A stretch of 64,000 nucleotides of DNA from an uncultured Gammaproteobacteria bacterium. GTDB taxonomy: Bacteria; Patescibacteriota; Patescibacteriia; UBA9934. Shown piece by piece: positions 20,997 through 31,326 of the stretch (positions are counted from its first letter, which is position 1; every line of letters starts with the position of its first letter). The notes under the pieces were generated by a model. That model did no database searches, had not been told where the DNA came from, and saw only the letters and a list, made by a program, of their open reading frames with translations. The stretch is taken from positions 3,426 through 67,425 of the forward strand of contig CAZORP010000006.1 in the NCBI GenBank assembly GCA_964582615.1. Direction: 5' to 3'. Both the position numbers and the translations under genes were made by a program.

Positions 20997-21347
20997 CTAT
21001 ACTAATTCAAGGATTGCCGTTTCTGCCGCATCACCTTGGCGTGGGCCCATTTTGATAATGCGAGTGTATCCACCCTTACGATCTTGGAAACGAGGACCGA
21101 GAACTTCGAGCATCTTGTTCACCGAACCTTCGGTTGAGAAGAATGCGAGAAGACGGCGACGTGCATGAAGCGTAGGAGTCTTTGCAACGGTCACCAATTT
21201 TTCAAATTGCTGACGTGCAACTTTTGCACGAACCAAAGGCACTTCAATACGCTCATGCGTAACAAGTGCGGTTACCAAGTCGCGAATAAGCGCCTTGCGT
21301 AACGGAGCCTTGCGGCTCAAGATTTTATTTTTATTGCGATGACGCAT
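20997..21347 (-). CDS. rplQ: 50S ribosomal protein L17
   Basis: MRHRNKNKILSRKAPLRKALIRDLV N-terminus. Confidence 0.95.
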   Translation of the reverse strand: MRHRNKNKILSRKAPLRKALIRDLVTALVTHERIEVPLVRAKVARQQFEKLVTVAKTPTLHARRRLLAFFSTEGSVNKMLEVLGPRFQDRKGGYTRIIKMGPRQGDAAETAILELV

Positions 21348-21348
21348 A

Positions 21349-22101
21349 TTATTCGTCGTTCTTCACACTTTCCTCTTTCGCGCGAACGATTTGTTCGGTG
21401 AGAGATGCGTGGCTTAGTTGACCCTGCATCCACGTAATGTGATTGTTAAGAATTTTGAGCGCTTGTTCAAGGGCATCTGCAGGCGTAAGCGTTCCATCGG
21501 TAGTGATACCCATGATGAGCTTGTCATAGTTCGTGATGTCTCCAACACGAGTGTTTTCTACCTTGAAACTTACTTGGTGCACAGGGCTAAACAATGCATC
21601 AATGGCGATAACTCCAATTTCTGAGGAAGTTCCCTCTGCTTCTTCGGTAGGAAGAAAACCGCGTCCTCGAGAAACCGTGATCTCCATATCAAGTACCGTT
21701 GCGGCACTGGTGATGGTTGCAATGTGTGCTTCTGGGTTTGCAATTTCGACATCAGCGTTCTTTTCGATATCGCCTGCCGTTACTGGACCCTCGCCCTTCT
21801 TTACAAGCTTGAGTACAACAGGTTCATCTGCGTGAACTTTCAAGCGAACTTGCTTGAGCGCGAGGATGATGTCAAGAACATCTTCCTTTACACCAGACAC
21901 CGCCTGAAACTCATGCTGAGCTCCCTTGATTTTTACTGCAGTAACCGCAGCTCCAGGAAGTGAGGAAAGGAGCACGCGACGAAGCGCGTTACCAATCGTT
22001 GTTCCGTATCCGTGATGCAAAGGCTCAACGGTAAGGATTCCTTCGTGAGGCTGTGTTCCCGCGGTCATGTACATCTTCGAGGGAAGAAAGATAGTCTCCA
22101 T
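21349..22101 (-). CDS. rpoA: DNA-directed RNA polymerase alpha subunit, N-terminal domain only (250 aa)
   Basis: Alpha-NTD dimerisation/assembly domain. The ORF stops before where the alpha-CTD would begin. Position between rpsD and rplQ is canonical. Confidence 0.85.
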   Translation of the reverse strand: METIFLPSKMYMTAGTQPHEGILTVEPLHHGYGTTIGNALRRVLLSSLPGAAVTAVKIKGAQHEFQAVSGVKEDVLDIILALKQVRLKVHADEPVVLKLVKKGEGPVTAGDIEKNADVEIANPEAHIATITSAATVLDMEITVSRGRGFLPTEEAEGTSSEIGVIAIDALFSPVHQVSFKVENTRVGDITNYDKLIMGITTDGTLTPADALEQALKILNNHITWMQGQLSHASLTEQIVRAKEESVKNDE

Positions 22102-22128
22102 AATGAAGCAATGATTAGGCTAAGAAAC

Positions 22129-22761
22129 TTAGCGCATGGAATAGAATTCGACGATAAGCGTTGGATCGAACACTTCCTTGAGATCTTCACCTGCAGGAGA
22201 GCTAACAACTTTTCCCTTCATTTCCTCCAAATGAAGCCATCCCGGAACCTTGTAGGTCTTCATGCGATCTGCGAGGTCAGAAAATACCTTCTTTCCTTGC
22301 TTGGAACCACGAATTTCTACAACATCGTTCACGCGAACGTGATACGATGGAATGTTTACCGATTCACCATTAACCGAGAACATGCAGTGACTAACCATCT
22401 GACGTGCTTGTGCGCGAGTCTTTGCAAAGCCCAAGCGGTAAACAACGTTATCCAAGCGAGTTTCGAGCAATCGGGAGAGGTTCTCACCCGTGTTACCTTC
22501 CATGGCTACTGCCTTGGTGAAGTAGTTGCGGAACTGCTTTTCAAGAACACCGTACAAACGCTTTGCCTTTTGCTTTTCACGCAACTGCTGACCGTATGCC
22601 GAGGACTTCGCAGGGCGAGCCGTTGGGCTTCCGTGCTGTCCAGGAGCGTAAGGACGACGCTGCATGACTTTGAGGACACTCGATGATGGAGAAAGCGCGA
22701 CACCTTCGCGGCGGCTGAGCTTTCCCAAGGGGAGCAATGTTTTTCCCATAAAAATAGTCAA
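22129..22761 (-). CDS. rpsD: 30S ribosomal protein S4
   Basis: RLDNVVYRLGFAKTRAQARQMVSH S4 domain. Confidence 0.95.
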   Translation of the reverse strand: MTIFMGKTLLPLGKLSRREGVALSPSSSVLKVMQRRPYAPGQHGSPTARPAKSSAYGQQLREKQKAKRLYGVLEKQFRNYFTKAVAMEGNTGENLSRLLETRLDNVVYRLGFAKTRAQARQMVSHCMFSVNGESVNIPSYHVRVNDVVEIRGSKQGKKVFSDLADRMKTYKVPGWLHLEEMKGKVVSSPAGEDLKEVFDPTLIVEFYSMR

Positions 22762-22764
22762 ACG

Positions 22765-23223
22765 TTACACGCGGCGAGCACGACGTGGACGGCAACCGTT
22801 GTGTGCTAATGGCGTGGTATCTGTAAGAGAGAGGACGTTGAAACCGTTTGCGTTCAAAGCACGAACTGCACCGTCACGACCATTTCCGATTCCCGTTACA
22901 AAAACGTGGAGATCTTTAAGGCCATAGAGTGCAACTTTTTCCGCAGCTTTCTTCACGACAACACTTGCCGCATAAGGCGTAGCCTTCTTTGGACCCTTGA
23001 ATCCGCAGTTACCCGCAGAGGACCATGCGATGATGTTTCCATGAGGATCGGTAAGTGACACGATCGTGTTGTTATAGCTCGCATGTACGTAAGCACATCC
23101 CTGAGGAACCTGCTTGAGCGTGCGCTTCTTTCCTTTTGCAGTAAGAATGCGTTCGGTCTTTTTGGTCTTAGGAGCGGGAGCTTGCTCTTCTTGAGCAACA
23201 ACGGATTTTACTTCTTCAGTCAT
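22765..23223 (-). CDS. rpsK: 30S ribosomal protein S11
   Basis: C-terminal GIGNGRDGAVRALNANGFNVLSLTDTTPLAHNGCRPRRARRV. Confidence 0.95.
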   Translation of the reverse strand: MTEEVKSVVAQEEQAPAPKTKKTERILTAKGKKRTLKQVPQGCAYVHASYNNTIVSLTDPHGNIIAWSSAGNCGFKGPKKATPYAASVVVKKAAEKVALYGLKDLHVFVTGIGNGRDGAVRALNANGFNVLSLTDTTPLAHNGCRPRRARRV

Positions 23224-23229
23224 AAACGA

Positions 23230-23586
23230 TTAGGTCTTTGTGAGCATACGACGACCGCTTCCTGCAGTCTTACGTACGTTTCCACGCACAGTGCGAGAAT
23301 TCGTCTTGGTGCGCTGTCCGCGAACAGGAAGTCCTTTTGCGTGACGCGTTCCACGGTACGAACCAATATCTTTCAAGCGCTTGATGTTTGAAAGAACATC
23401 GCGACGAAGATCACCTTCAACACGCAACTCTTTTTCAACGATGGTGCGGATTGTGCGAACATCCTCAGATACCTTTGCACGAGCAAGGATATCGGATGCG
23501 CGCGTTGCACCAACGCCGTAAATGTATTGAAGCGCGATAATGATGCGCTTTTGTGGGGGGAGTGAAACTCCAGCAATACGAGCCAT
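23230..23586 (-). CDS. rpsM: 30S ribosomal protein S13
   Basis: [27 protein letters not shown]-terminus. Confidence 0.95.
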   Translation of the reverse strand: MARIAGVSLPPQKRIIIALQYIYGVGATRASDILARAKVSEDVRTIRTIVEKELRVEGDLRRDVLSNIKRLKDIGSYRGTRHAKGLPVRGQRTKTNSRTVRGNVRKTAGSGRRMLTKT

Positions 23587-23596
23587 ACAGAATTAA

Positions 23597-23710
23597 TTAA
23601 CCCTGACGCTGCTTATGCTTCGGGGTTTTGCACACAACCATAACTCGTCCAAAACGACGAATTACTTGGCAGTCGCGGCAAATTTTCTTGACAGATGCAC
23701 GAACCTTCAT
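23597..23710 (-). CDS. rpmJ: 50S ribosomal protein L36 (37 aa). It is below the ORF-track size cut-off.
   Basis: Minus-strand translation [37 protein letters not shown]. Canonical position between infA and rpsM. Confidence 0.85.
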   Translation of the reverse strand: MKVRASVKKICRDCQVIRRFGRVMVVCKTPKHKQRQG

Positions 23711-23795
23711 AACGCGAAGCTGATGAATAATGAGAACGCAAAATCATCCTGGATGAACCGAAGATGATTTTGTGAAAAGCCCGAGATGCCGTCCG

Positions 23796-24011
23796 CTAGA
23801 AGCGGAACGTGATTCGTGCCTTGGTGAGATCGTAGGGACTCATCTCACACTTGACGTCGTCGCCGGGCATAACCCGGATACGGAACTGACGGAGCTTGCC
23901 TGCAAGATGTGCAGTAACAAGCATATCGTTTTCCAATTTGACGCGAAATGCGCCAGCGGGAAGGGCCTCGAGGACCGTTCCACGAATTTCGAGAAATTGT
24001 TTTTCCGCCAT
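23796..24011 (-). CDS. infA: Translation initiation factor IF-1
   Basis: MAEKQFLEIRGTVLEALPAGAFRVKLENDMLVTAHLAGKLRQFRIRVMPGDDVKCEMSPYDLTKARITFRF, 71 aa. It is the C-terminal part of the longer 23796..24293 ORF. Confidence 0.9.
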   Translation of the reverse strand: MAEKQFLEIRGTVLEALPAGAFRVKLENDMLVTAHLAGKLRQFRIRVMPGDDVKCEMSPYDLTKARITFRF

Positions 24012-24339
24012 AATAAGCGGCGCGTGCGCGTTTTGCATTAAATTGAAAGCGGTGTCAGTATAGAAAATCCTGAAAGATTCGTCAAGAAACCCTGTGAGCG
24101 ACTTGCGAATCTGCAAAGAAATTTCTATAGTACCCACAGACCTGATCCTTGGGAATGTTTCCCGGGAAAGATGGTTTGGAGGCCTCATGAACATGCGGCT
24201 TCGGTCCTTTATCGCCAGCTCGCTGGCGATTGTTACCGGACTGCTCCTTGTTGGAGCAATCGGGCTGGGAATGTTTCTCATTTCCAGCATCATCCTCGCC
24301 CCGCTTACGCACTACTAAAGTAGGCGTGGGCGGTTTTTT

Positions 24340-26136
24340 TTATCGAGTACCAAGGACTGCCTTAATACGACGAACTCCCGCAGAAACCGCCTCTTCCTTT
24401 ACCAGCGTGATGCCGCCAAGCTCTCCCGTGTGGGCAACATGGGGACCGCCGCAGATTTCCTTACTGTAGTCACCCATGAAGTACACTTTAATTTTGTCGC
24501 CAAGCTGTGCGTACTTATCTTCAAAAAGACCAATCGCCCCACGCTCTTTTGCTTCGGCAACCGAAAGCATTTCACAGTGTACTGGAAGATCACGAGTAAT
24601 TTGCTCATTCACGATGCGCTCTACCTCGGCAAGTTGTTCGGGAGTCACTTTTTCTGGATGAGAGAAGTCAAAACGCAAACGCTCTGCGGTGATATTACTT
24701 CCCTTTTGTGCAACATGAGGTCCGAGCACCGTACGAAGTGCTTGATGTAAAAGGTGGGTAGCGGTGTGAAGTTTGGTTGTTGCCTCGGAGTGGTCAGCGA
24801 GACCTCCAGAAAATTTCTGCTCAGCGCCTGCACGAGAAAGTTCTTGATGTTTTGCGAATTCCTCTGCAAAAACCTCTCGGTTTACCGCCTGTCCTTGCTC
24901 TGCGGCAAGTTCCTGTGTTACCTCGAGAGGAAAGCCAAATGATTGATACAACATGAAGGCATCTTCACCTGAAATACTCCCCTTCTTTTCCCACATCTTG
25001 TTAAATTCTTTAAGTCCCTGTGCAAGAGTTCGCTCAAATTTTCGAGCTTCATCAGAAAGAACCTGCACGATGCGTTCGCGATCTTGAAGGAGTTTTTTAT
25101 AGGCATCACCAAGTGAATGCGTGATAGCTTCAACCATGTCGGGAATAAGCGCTTCGCTGGGAATATGGAGATTGCGAGCATGTCGAATTGCGCGGCGAAT
25201 AAGGCGTCGCAAAATATAACCCTGATCTTTGTTTGTTGGTACTACGCCATCCATAGCCATTATTGCCGCCGCGCGAAGGTGATCAGCAATAATACGCATC
25301 GAAGACTGCGCGTCTGCATACTTTGCCCCCGAAAGACGCTCAACGACCTCAAGAAGACCGGTGAACATCTCGGTTTCGTAAACATTCTTATGATGCTGAA
25401 GTGCGGTGATGGTACGTTCAAGTCCCATTCCTGTATCAACGCTTCCCGCCGAAAGAGGCATAAGCGTACCGTCTTCCTGCTTATTAAATTGCATGAAGAC
25501 GTTGTTCCAAATTTCCATCCATTGTTTACCGTGCGTGCCTTTGTTTCCCACAGGCTCCCCCTCTCCAACCCAGTAAAAAATTTCGGTATCAGGTCCGCAT
25601 GGGCCAGTCTTTCCCGCAGGTCCCCACCAGTTATCTTCTTTGGGAAGTTTTGCAATCTTTTCTTGTGCTTGTGCACGAGTGAGTCCCGCACCCTCCATGA
25701 GCTCCATCCAATATCCGTAAGCTTCTTCATCGTAAGGAGCATCTTCGTCGCCAGCAAAAACGGTAAACGAAAGATGTGAGAGTGGAATATTGAGCCACTC
25801 TGGCGAGGTAAGAAACTCAAAACTCCATGCAATGGACTCTTTTTTAAAATAATCACTCAAGGACCAATTTCCAAGCATGGTAAAAAAAGTCAGGTGCGTA
25901 TCGTCACCAACGTCATCAATATCTCCTGTACGAATACAGCGCTGATAGTTTACGAGGCGCTTTCCCGAAGGGTGTGGCTGACCAAGAAGATACGGAACAA
26001 GCGGATGCATGCCTGCCGTAGTAAAAAGCACCGTAGGATCATTTTCTGGAACAACGGATGCGGAAGGAATTTCAGCGTGCGCCTTTCCCATGAAAAATGA
26101 AAGGTACATTTGACGAAGAAGATTTGCGGTCATCAT
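24340..26136 (-). CDS. alaS: Alanyl-tRNA synthetase, short form (598 aa; catalytic, tRNA-recognition and editing domains; no C-Ala domain)
   Basis: N-terminal FFMGKAHAEIPSASVVPENDPTVLFTTAGM. Editing-domain HTATHLLHQAL and CGGPHV motifs. The ORF ends right after the editing domain. Confidence 0.9.
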   Translation of the reverse strand: MMTANLLRQMYLSFFMGKAHAEIPSASVVPENDPTVLFTTAGMHPLVPYLLGQPHPSGKRLVNYQRCIRTGDIDDVGDDTHLTFFTMLGNWSLSDYFKKESIAWSFEFLTSPEWLNIPLSHLSFTVFAGDEDAPYDEEAYGYWMELMEGAGLTRAQAQEKIAKLPKEDNWWGPAGKTGPCGPDTEIFYWVGEGEPVGNKGTHGKQWMEIWNNVFMQFNKQEDGTLMPLSAGSVDTGMGLERTITALQHHKNVYETEMFTGLLEVVERLSGAKYADAQSSMRIIADHLRAAAIMAMDGVVPTNKDQGYILRRLIRRAIRHARNLHIPSEALIPDMVEAITHSLGDAYKKLLQDRERIVQVLSDEARKFERTLAQGLKEFNKMWEKKGSISGEDAFMLYQSFGFPLEVTQELAAEQGQAVNREVFAEEFAKHQELSRAGAEQKFSGGLADHSEATTKLHTATHLLHQALRTVLGPHVAQKGSNITAERLRFDFSHPEKVTPEQLAEVERIVNEQITRDLPVHCEMLSVAEAKERGAIGLFEDKYAQLGDKIKVYFMGDYSKEICGGPHVAHTGELGGITLVKEEAVSAGVRRIKAVLGTR

Positions 26137-26231
26137 AGAATGGAAAAAGTGTAGCTAAGGAGAGGTTTTTGGTCAAAAAAAACGAGCAGCCTTCAAAAGA
26201 AAGACCGCTCGACAAAGCACCACGCGATACC

Positions 26232-26771
26232 TCACCTCCTCCGGACACGTCTTGGAAGATCATACTCCTCGAAAGGCGGTTCACCCGCTTGACACACAAG
26301 GAGCGCGTCCTTCGCCTCCTGCACGCGAAAGACCTCCTCCTCGAGCTCAACTCTGCACCGCTCGAGGTCACCCTCCCCGCGAGCAATGAGATCATCTCGC
26401 CGCGCAATCTCGGCGAGAAGTCGAACATTCACCGCCTCGCGTGAGGCAATGAGCCTGCGGAGTTTCACATTTTCCAAGGCAAGGAGACCCTTGGACTCCT
26501 TGAGGAGCGCAATAGCCTCCTCATATTGTTCGACCAGTATTCTCCCCTGATCGGCAAGCTCCTTATCCCGCTCATCGAGCGCCTCGCGATCCCTGAGAGA
26601 TGTCTCCGCGGCCGCAACCAACTGGTTGACCTCATGCTCCCTTTTCGCCAGCTCCTCCCTGAGGTGCATATTCTGCACCACGAGAAAAAAGGTGAAGGCA
26701 ACAGAAACGACGGCGGAGAGGAGAGATAAAATAGTTTTCACGGTTTTCCCTACACTACTCGAGGAAAGCAA
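26232..26771 (-). CDS. Membrane-anchored coiled-coil protein (FtsB/DivIC-like?)
   Basis: One N-terminal TM helix followed by a long heptad-rich coiled coil. Confidence 0.3.
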   Translation of the reverse strand: MLSSSSVGKTVKTILSLLSAVVSVAFTFFLVVQNMHLREELAKREHEVNQLVAAAETSLRDREALDERDKELADQGRILVEQYEEAIALLKESKGLLALENVKLRRLIASREAVNVRLLAEIARRDDLIARGEGDLERCRVELEEEVFRVQEAKDALLVCQAGEPPFEEYDLPRRVRRR

Positions 26772-26897
26772 TTCGAGTAGCTCCCCATGCCGCTAACACT
26801 GTTGGAAGCATGAGGAGAAAATGCTATACATGACAACCGTGTATCCTACCAAAAAAAGTAGCCTTATGCAAGGCTACTTTTCATTCGCGAAGAGTAG

Positions 26898-27755
26898 TTA
26901 CATCTCCAAACCAAATATCTTTCGAGCATTAGCAACGGTCTGCGCCGCCATGTCTTCGTAGGAAATTCCTCGAAGTTGCGCAAGAAAACGAACCGTATCA
27001 TCTACATACGCCGGCTCGTTGCGCTTGCCACGATGAGGAACTGGAGCAAGATAGGGAGCGTCGGTTTCTACGAGGAGCGATGTAAGAGGCAGGCGGCGTG
27101 CGGGTTCGTGAAGTGACTTTGCAAAGGTAAGAATTCCGGAAAATGAAATCATACATCCAAGTTCAATGTACGCCTCAGCTTCGGCGAGAGTCCCGGTAAA
27201 ACAGTGAATGATTGCTCCTCGGGAAAGCCCTCCGCAATTGCGCTCTTGCGCAAGAAGCCTCTGCATGTCGGCATGAGCGTCACGGCAATGAATAATCGCC
27301 GGCTTTTCTACACGCGTACAAAGACGAAGATGCTCTTCTGCGGCAAGTTGTTGCTCTTGCACGATATGCTGAGCTTGCGATGGATCTTCGGGAAGACGAG
27401 CATAATCAAGGCCAAACTCTCCGATTGCAACAACCTTTGGATGCGCAACGTATGGCATAAGGCTTTCAAGGGAAACCGATCCATCTTCCCTGAGAATACC
27501 CTCATGAGAAACGTTTTCAGGAAGCTCGTGATCGTCATGATACGTAAGTGGATGTACATGCGAAGGATGTACGCCAACGGCGGCAAAAACGTTCGCATAG
27601 CGCTCGGCAAAAGCAACCGCCTCTTTATTGGTGTGCTCGGTAGTCCCAACGGTGACCATTGCTATGCCAAGCTCTTGCACGCGCGCCATAACCGCATCAC
27701 GATCATCGGCGAACGCAGGAAAATGTACGTGTGCATGGGTATCAAAAAGACGCAT
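26898..27755 (-). CDS. tatD: TatD-family metal-dependent deoxyribonuclease/hydrolase
   Basis: MRLFDTHAHVHF, IGEFGLDY, IIHCRDAH and VETDAPYL motifs. Confidence 0.85.
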   Translation of the reverse strand: MRLFDTHAHVHFPAFADDRDAVMARVQELGIAMVTVGTTEHTNKEAVAFAERYANVFAAVGVHPSHVHPLTYHDDHELPENVSHEGILREDGSVSLESLMPYVAHPKVVAIGEFGLDYARLPEDPSQAQHIVQEQQLAAEEHLRLCTRVEKPAIIHCRDAHADMQRLLAQERNCGGLSRGAIIHCFTGTLAEAEAYIELGCMISFSGILTFAKSLHEPARRLPLTSLLVETDAPYLAPVPHRGKRNEPAYVDDTVRFLAQLRGISYEDMAAQTVANARKIFGLEM

Positions 27756-27822
27756 AGGCTGTGAGTATACGAAACCTTAAGAAAATGGCAAACCCACGAT
27801 CATCTCGTGGGTTGTGAGGTAT

Positions 27823-28242
27823 TTATTTTGTGAGAACGTACTTAGCAAAGTTATCAAGGATCGCTTGCCATCCTTGTTGCTGGAGGTGCTCTGGATTCTC
27901 CCCTTCGGGTTCAAATGTCACGGTTACTTTCGTGCGCCCATCATCAAGCGCCGTCATAACAACTTCAACATCTCTACCGTCCGCAATGGTGTAGCGCAGT
28001 CTTTCTCCAAGTTCAATCTCGCGATATGTTGCTACAAAATCAAAGCCAAAACTCCCATCTTTTGCTTCCATTCGCGCCGCGTATGTTCCGCCAACCGTGA
28101 GATCATTCTCCGCGCTTGGACAATGCCACGTTGCATCGGCAAAGTTCCACTGCACAATGTGCTCAGGAAGTGTATAGAAATCCCACACCTTTTCTCTTGG
28201 CGCAGGAATGATTGCTTCGACAATAAGTACACGATCTTTCAT
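27823..28242 (-). CDS. SRPBCC (AHSA1/polyketide-cyclase-like) family protein
   Basis: 139 aa. The pattern along the sequence is compatible with the START/Bet v1-like fold. Confidence 0.5.
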   Translation of the reverse strand: MKDRVLIVEAIIPAPREKVWDFYTLPEHIVQWNFADATWHCPSAENDLTVGGTYAARMEAKDGSFGFDFVATYREIELGERLRYTIADGRDVEVVMTALDDGRTKVTVTFEPEGENPEHLQQQGWQAILDNFAKYVLTK

Positions 28243-28245
28243 AAG

Positions 28246-28638
28246 CTATGCTTTTTGAGGAATTTTTTCGAGCTTTCCTTTGCGCCTTACAATATTCTTA
28301 TAGTCCCACTGAATTTCTCGAGCCTTGGCTAGCCAGCGAACAAGATCCCTTCGAGAAATATCCTCAACTTTCGTAAAAAAGATTGAAGCATCCTGAAACT
28401 TTCCTCCCCGCACAGAAAGATCTGGCTCGTCGAAACTCGCTCCACTCCAAAACATCAGGCGAATTCCCGCCTTTTGCTTACTATATCCAACAATAGGATT
28501 CCCACCCAAAAACCAGACAGGATGTGCGTGCCAAATTTTTCCCTCGGACTCAGGTAATTCTTGCGCGATGCACTTTGCCAACAAATCACCCATGCGCCTT
28601 TCGGTGTCAGATAGTTGCGCATGATAGTGAGAAATGGT
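28246..28638 (-). CDS. Hypothetical protein (DUF1801/YdhG-like?)
   Basis: About 130 aa from MATISHYH. The longer ORF extends into the upstream gene. Confidence 0.3.
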   Translation of the reverse strand, partial: TISHYHAQLSDTERRMGDLLAKCIAQELPESEGKIWHAHPVWFLGGNPIVGYSKQKAGIRLMFWSGASFDEPDLSVRGGKFQDASIFFTKVEDISRRDLVRWLAKAREIQWDYKNIVRRKGKLEKIPQKA

Positions 28639-28648
28639 GGCCATAAAC

Positions 28649-29278
28649 CTAGATAACACGATGCGCACGGCGACGACGCTCGTGAGAAATGACCACATAA
28701 CCTCCCCCACCAAAGAACCCAAGGAAAAGTCCTGTAACGCCATTCACGAGAATATTTGGACGAACAGGATAGCGTGAATTTACCGCCTCGTCGATAACCT
28801 GCATGGTAATTTCTCCCGTAACATATTTCCAACCATCAGCAACATAAACATGCGCAACCGCTTCGGCGAGAGCTTCAGCTTTCTTGGGATTGGTATGGTA
28901 GGCGTTGATGGTAAGAATACCGCTTCCCCGTGTCACCGACGCGGTTACGGCATCAGACCACGCATTTTGGAATTGAATGATATTTTGAGGAAAGTACGCG
29001 CGATCAACGGAGCTTTGGCTTAGTACAGCATTATAAATTGACGACGTTGCAAGCATGCTTGCAAGCTGATCGGCGACCGTTTCGGCACTGCGACTTGCAG
29101 TATACGGATCAACACCGCTAATTTTTGGAATAACAAGAACTTTGGTCGTTGAACGATATTCAAGCGGCTGAAGAAGTGAGAGTCCAACCGCTAAAACACA
29201 TCCAACTGCTCCAGCGACAAGAACCTTGGGAACGCTTCGCAAAAGAAGAGGAAAGCTTGATGAGGTAGGTGATGCCAT
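28649..29278 (-). CDS. Bitopic membrane protein (Wzz-like chain-length determinant?)
   Basis: N-terminal and C-terminal TM helices flanking a soluble domain. C-terminal GLFLGFFGGGG. Confidence 0.3.
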   Translation of the reverse strand: MASPTSSSFPLLLRSVPKVLVAGAVGCVLAVGLSLLQPLEYRSTTKVLVIPKISGVDPYTASRSAETVADQLASMLATSSIYNAVLSQSSVDRAYFPQNIIQFQNAWSDAVTASVTRGSGILTINAYHTNPKKAEALAEAVAHVYVADGWKYVTGEITMQVIDEAVNSRYPVRPNILVNGVTGLFLGFFGGGGYVVISHERRRRAHRVI

Positions 29279-29305
29279 AGTCTTTACGAGTATAGCATGG
29301 TGACA

Positions 29306-29782
29306 CTACCCGAGAAGGAGCCCCATCCAGACGTGAAGCTCTTGCAGAATGCGTGAAGCCTGCAGACTTACACTTAGCGCCTCATGGGGAAATAAGGTGA
29401 ATGCACCGTAACTAACAAGACCCACCAAAAGAACACTCTCAAGCAGACCAACCACTGCCCCCGCGAGACGATGAAGGAGTCCAAATCCCGGAATAAGGGT
29501 AAAGAGTCGGCGAACCAAATCGAGAATGCTCACCAAGAAACCAAAAATTGTATGACATATTCCTGCAATGGCAAGAAAAGCGCCCACGAACCAAAGGGGG
29601 TTTGAGGAAAAAGGGATTCCCAGTACATTCTCGGCACTTGAGGTTCCCCAAAGACCTCCCAAAATACTCACTACGATATTTACCAACCCACCAAACATCA
29701 CCACAAAACCCCGATGCCACCCAAGAATTCCTCCAAGCGCAAAAATAAGTACACATGCGCCATCAAGTAGTTGAGCATCCAT
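29306..29782 (-). CDS. CvpA-like small membrane protein
   Basis: 158 aa, 4 TM helices. N-terminus MDAQLLDGACVLIFALGGILGWHRGFV resembles the CvpA family. Confidence 0.45.
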   Translation of the reverse strand: MDAQLLDGACVLIFALGGILGWHRGFVVMFGGLVNIVVSILGGLWGTSSAENVLGIPFSSNPLWFVGAFLAIAGICHTIFGFLVSILDLVRRLFTLIPGFGLLHRLAGAVVGLLESVLLVGLVSYGAFTLFPHEALSVSLQASRILQELHVWMGLLLG

Positions 29783-29788
29783 ATGTGA

Positions 29789-31270
29789 TTATGCTACCGG
29801 ATTTTCGCGCTTTGGAAAGAGCGGAAGTCCATGAATAAGTGCTCCGTTTTCTGGATAGCGACGAAGAATCTCGTCGTGTATTTCTGGCATGACAGGAGCG
29901 AGAAGATAGGCAATTTCTCGAATTATTGCCGCGAGCTCTGAAAGCGTTTTCTTGCACGCATCGCGATCTGTCTTTGCAGTTTTAAAGGGCTCTTCGCGTT
30001 GAATCTTTGCATTAGCTTCGTTGATGACTTTTTCAACAAGTTCAAGATAGTGCTTGATATCTCTTGATTGCATTGCACTGTCACACGCCTCGCGTTCAGG
30101 AGCGGTGAATGCAAGAGATGTTACCTCACCTTCAAAGTACTTTTGCGCCATAGCCGCAACGCGACCGAGAAGATTTCCCAAACCATTTGCAAGTTCTTCG
30201 TAACGCTCATCAAGGCGCTGTCGCGTAATGTCACCATCTCCAAGTAGCGGAAGATCGCGAAGTAAAAGATAGCGCGTCGCATCAATACCATAACGCTCAA
30301 CAAGCTCCTGTGGGTGAATAACATTTCCCAATGACTTACTCATTTTTTCACCCTCAACCGTAAAGAATCCGTGTACAAAAATCTCCGTAGGAAGTGGGAG
30401 TCCCGCCGAAAGAAGGAATGCCGGCCAATAAATCGCATGGAATCGAACGATATCTTTTCCAATAACATGCGTGCGAACATCGGCCTGCGACCAAAACTCA
30501 GAAAAAGCCTCAGCGTCATCGGCGAAACCAAGTGCGGTGATGTAATTTGAAAGCGCATCAACCCACACGTACATTACTTGACCTTCATCTCCGGGAACGG
30601 GAACTCCCCAATTCTCTGCGCGTTGCACCGATCGAGAAATACTAAAATCTTCCAACTTCTTTACAAACATGAGCATTTCATTTCGTCGTTCCTCTGGAAC
30701 AATGGTCATTGCATACTCTTTTCCGCACCAGGTCGCCTTTCCTTTGGTAAATAATTCCTCAAAAAAAGCCTGGTAGTTTGAAAGCTTGAAGAAATAGTTT
30801 TCCTCCTTAATGATTTCGACTGGCTTTTTATGCGTAGGACACAATCCTCCTTCAAGCAAATCTTCCTGCGCGTAAAACGCTTCACATCCTACGCAGTACA
30901 AACCTTCATACGATCGCTTATCAATATCTTCGGCGCGGAACATGCTCCAAAGCCTTTGCGCGCCACGCATGTGCAGATCATCGCGCGTACGAATAAAATT
31001 ACGAAGCGAAACGTCGAGGTTAAGCACTTCACCAAGTTTACGAAATTCTTCTGCGTGACGCGCAACAAATGCCTCGGTCGTCTCCCCCGCATCACGAGCC
31101 GCGCGAACATTTTTCAAACTATTATCATCGCTACCAAATTGTCCACGTACCGTTTCGCCTCGGAGTTTGTAGTAACGAAGAAGCGTGTCAACTTGAAAAA
31201 GCTCAACGGCATATCCGATGTGCGGCGTTGAGTTTACATAGGGAATAGAGGCGGTGATATAGCGGGTCAT
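29789..31270 (-). CDS. metG: Methionyl-tRNA synthetase, minimal form (493 aa)
   Basis: N-terminal YITASIPYVNSTPHIGYA (HIGH-like) and KMSKSLGNVI (KMSKS) motifs. Confidence 0.9.
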   Translation of the reverse strand: MTRYITASIPYVNSTPHIGYAVELFQVDTLLRYYKLRGETVRGQFGSDDNSLKNVRAARDAGETTEAFVARHAEEFRKLGEVLNLDVSLRNFIRTRDDLHMRGAQRLWSMFRAEDIDKRSYEGLYCVGCEAFYAQEDLLEGGLCPTHKKPVEIIKEENYFFKLSNYQAFFEELFTKGKATWCGKEYAMTIVPEERRNEMLMFVKKLEDFSISRSVQRAENWGVPVPGDEGQVMYVWVDALSNYITALGFADDAEAFSEFWSQADVRTHVIGKDIVRFHAIYWPAFLLSAGLPLPTEIFVHGFFTVEGEKMSKSLGNVIHPQELVERYGIDATRYLLLRDLPLLGDGDITRQRLDERYEELANGLGNLLGRVAAMAQKYFEGEVTSLAFTAPEREACDSAMQSRDIKHYLELVEKVINEANAKIQREEPFKTAKTDRDACKKTLSELAAIIREIAYLLAPVMPEIHDEILRRYPENGALIHGLPLFPKRENPVA

Positions 31271-31326
31271 AGTAGCAAAATTATGAAGTAGTGAGGCTGA
31301 AAAGTTACTAAGAGCTTACTGGAAAT

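Noticed and set aside
21349-22101. rpoA as a pseudogene because it is only 250 aa
   Set aside because: The NTD is intact and ends at a clean stop with a proper downstream gene junction. Other housekeeping genes are similarly minimal, so this is more likely lineage-typical domain loss than decay.
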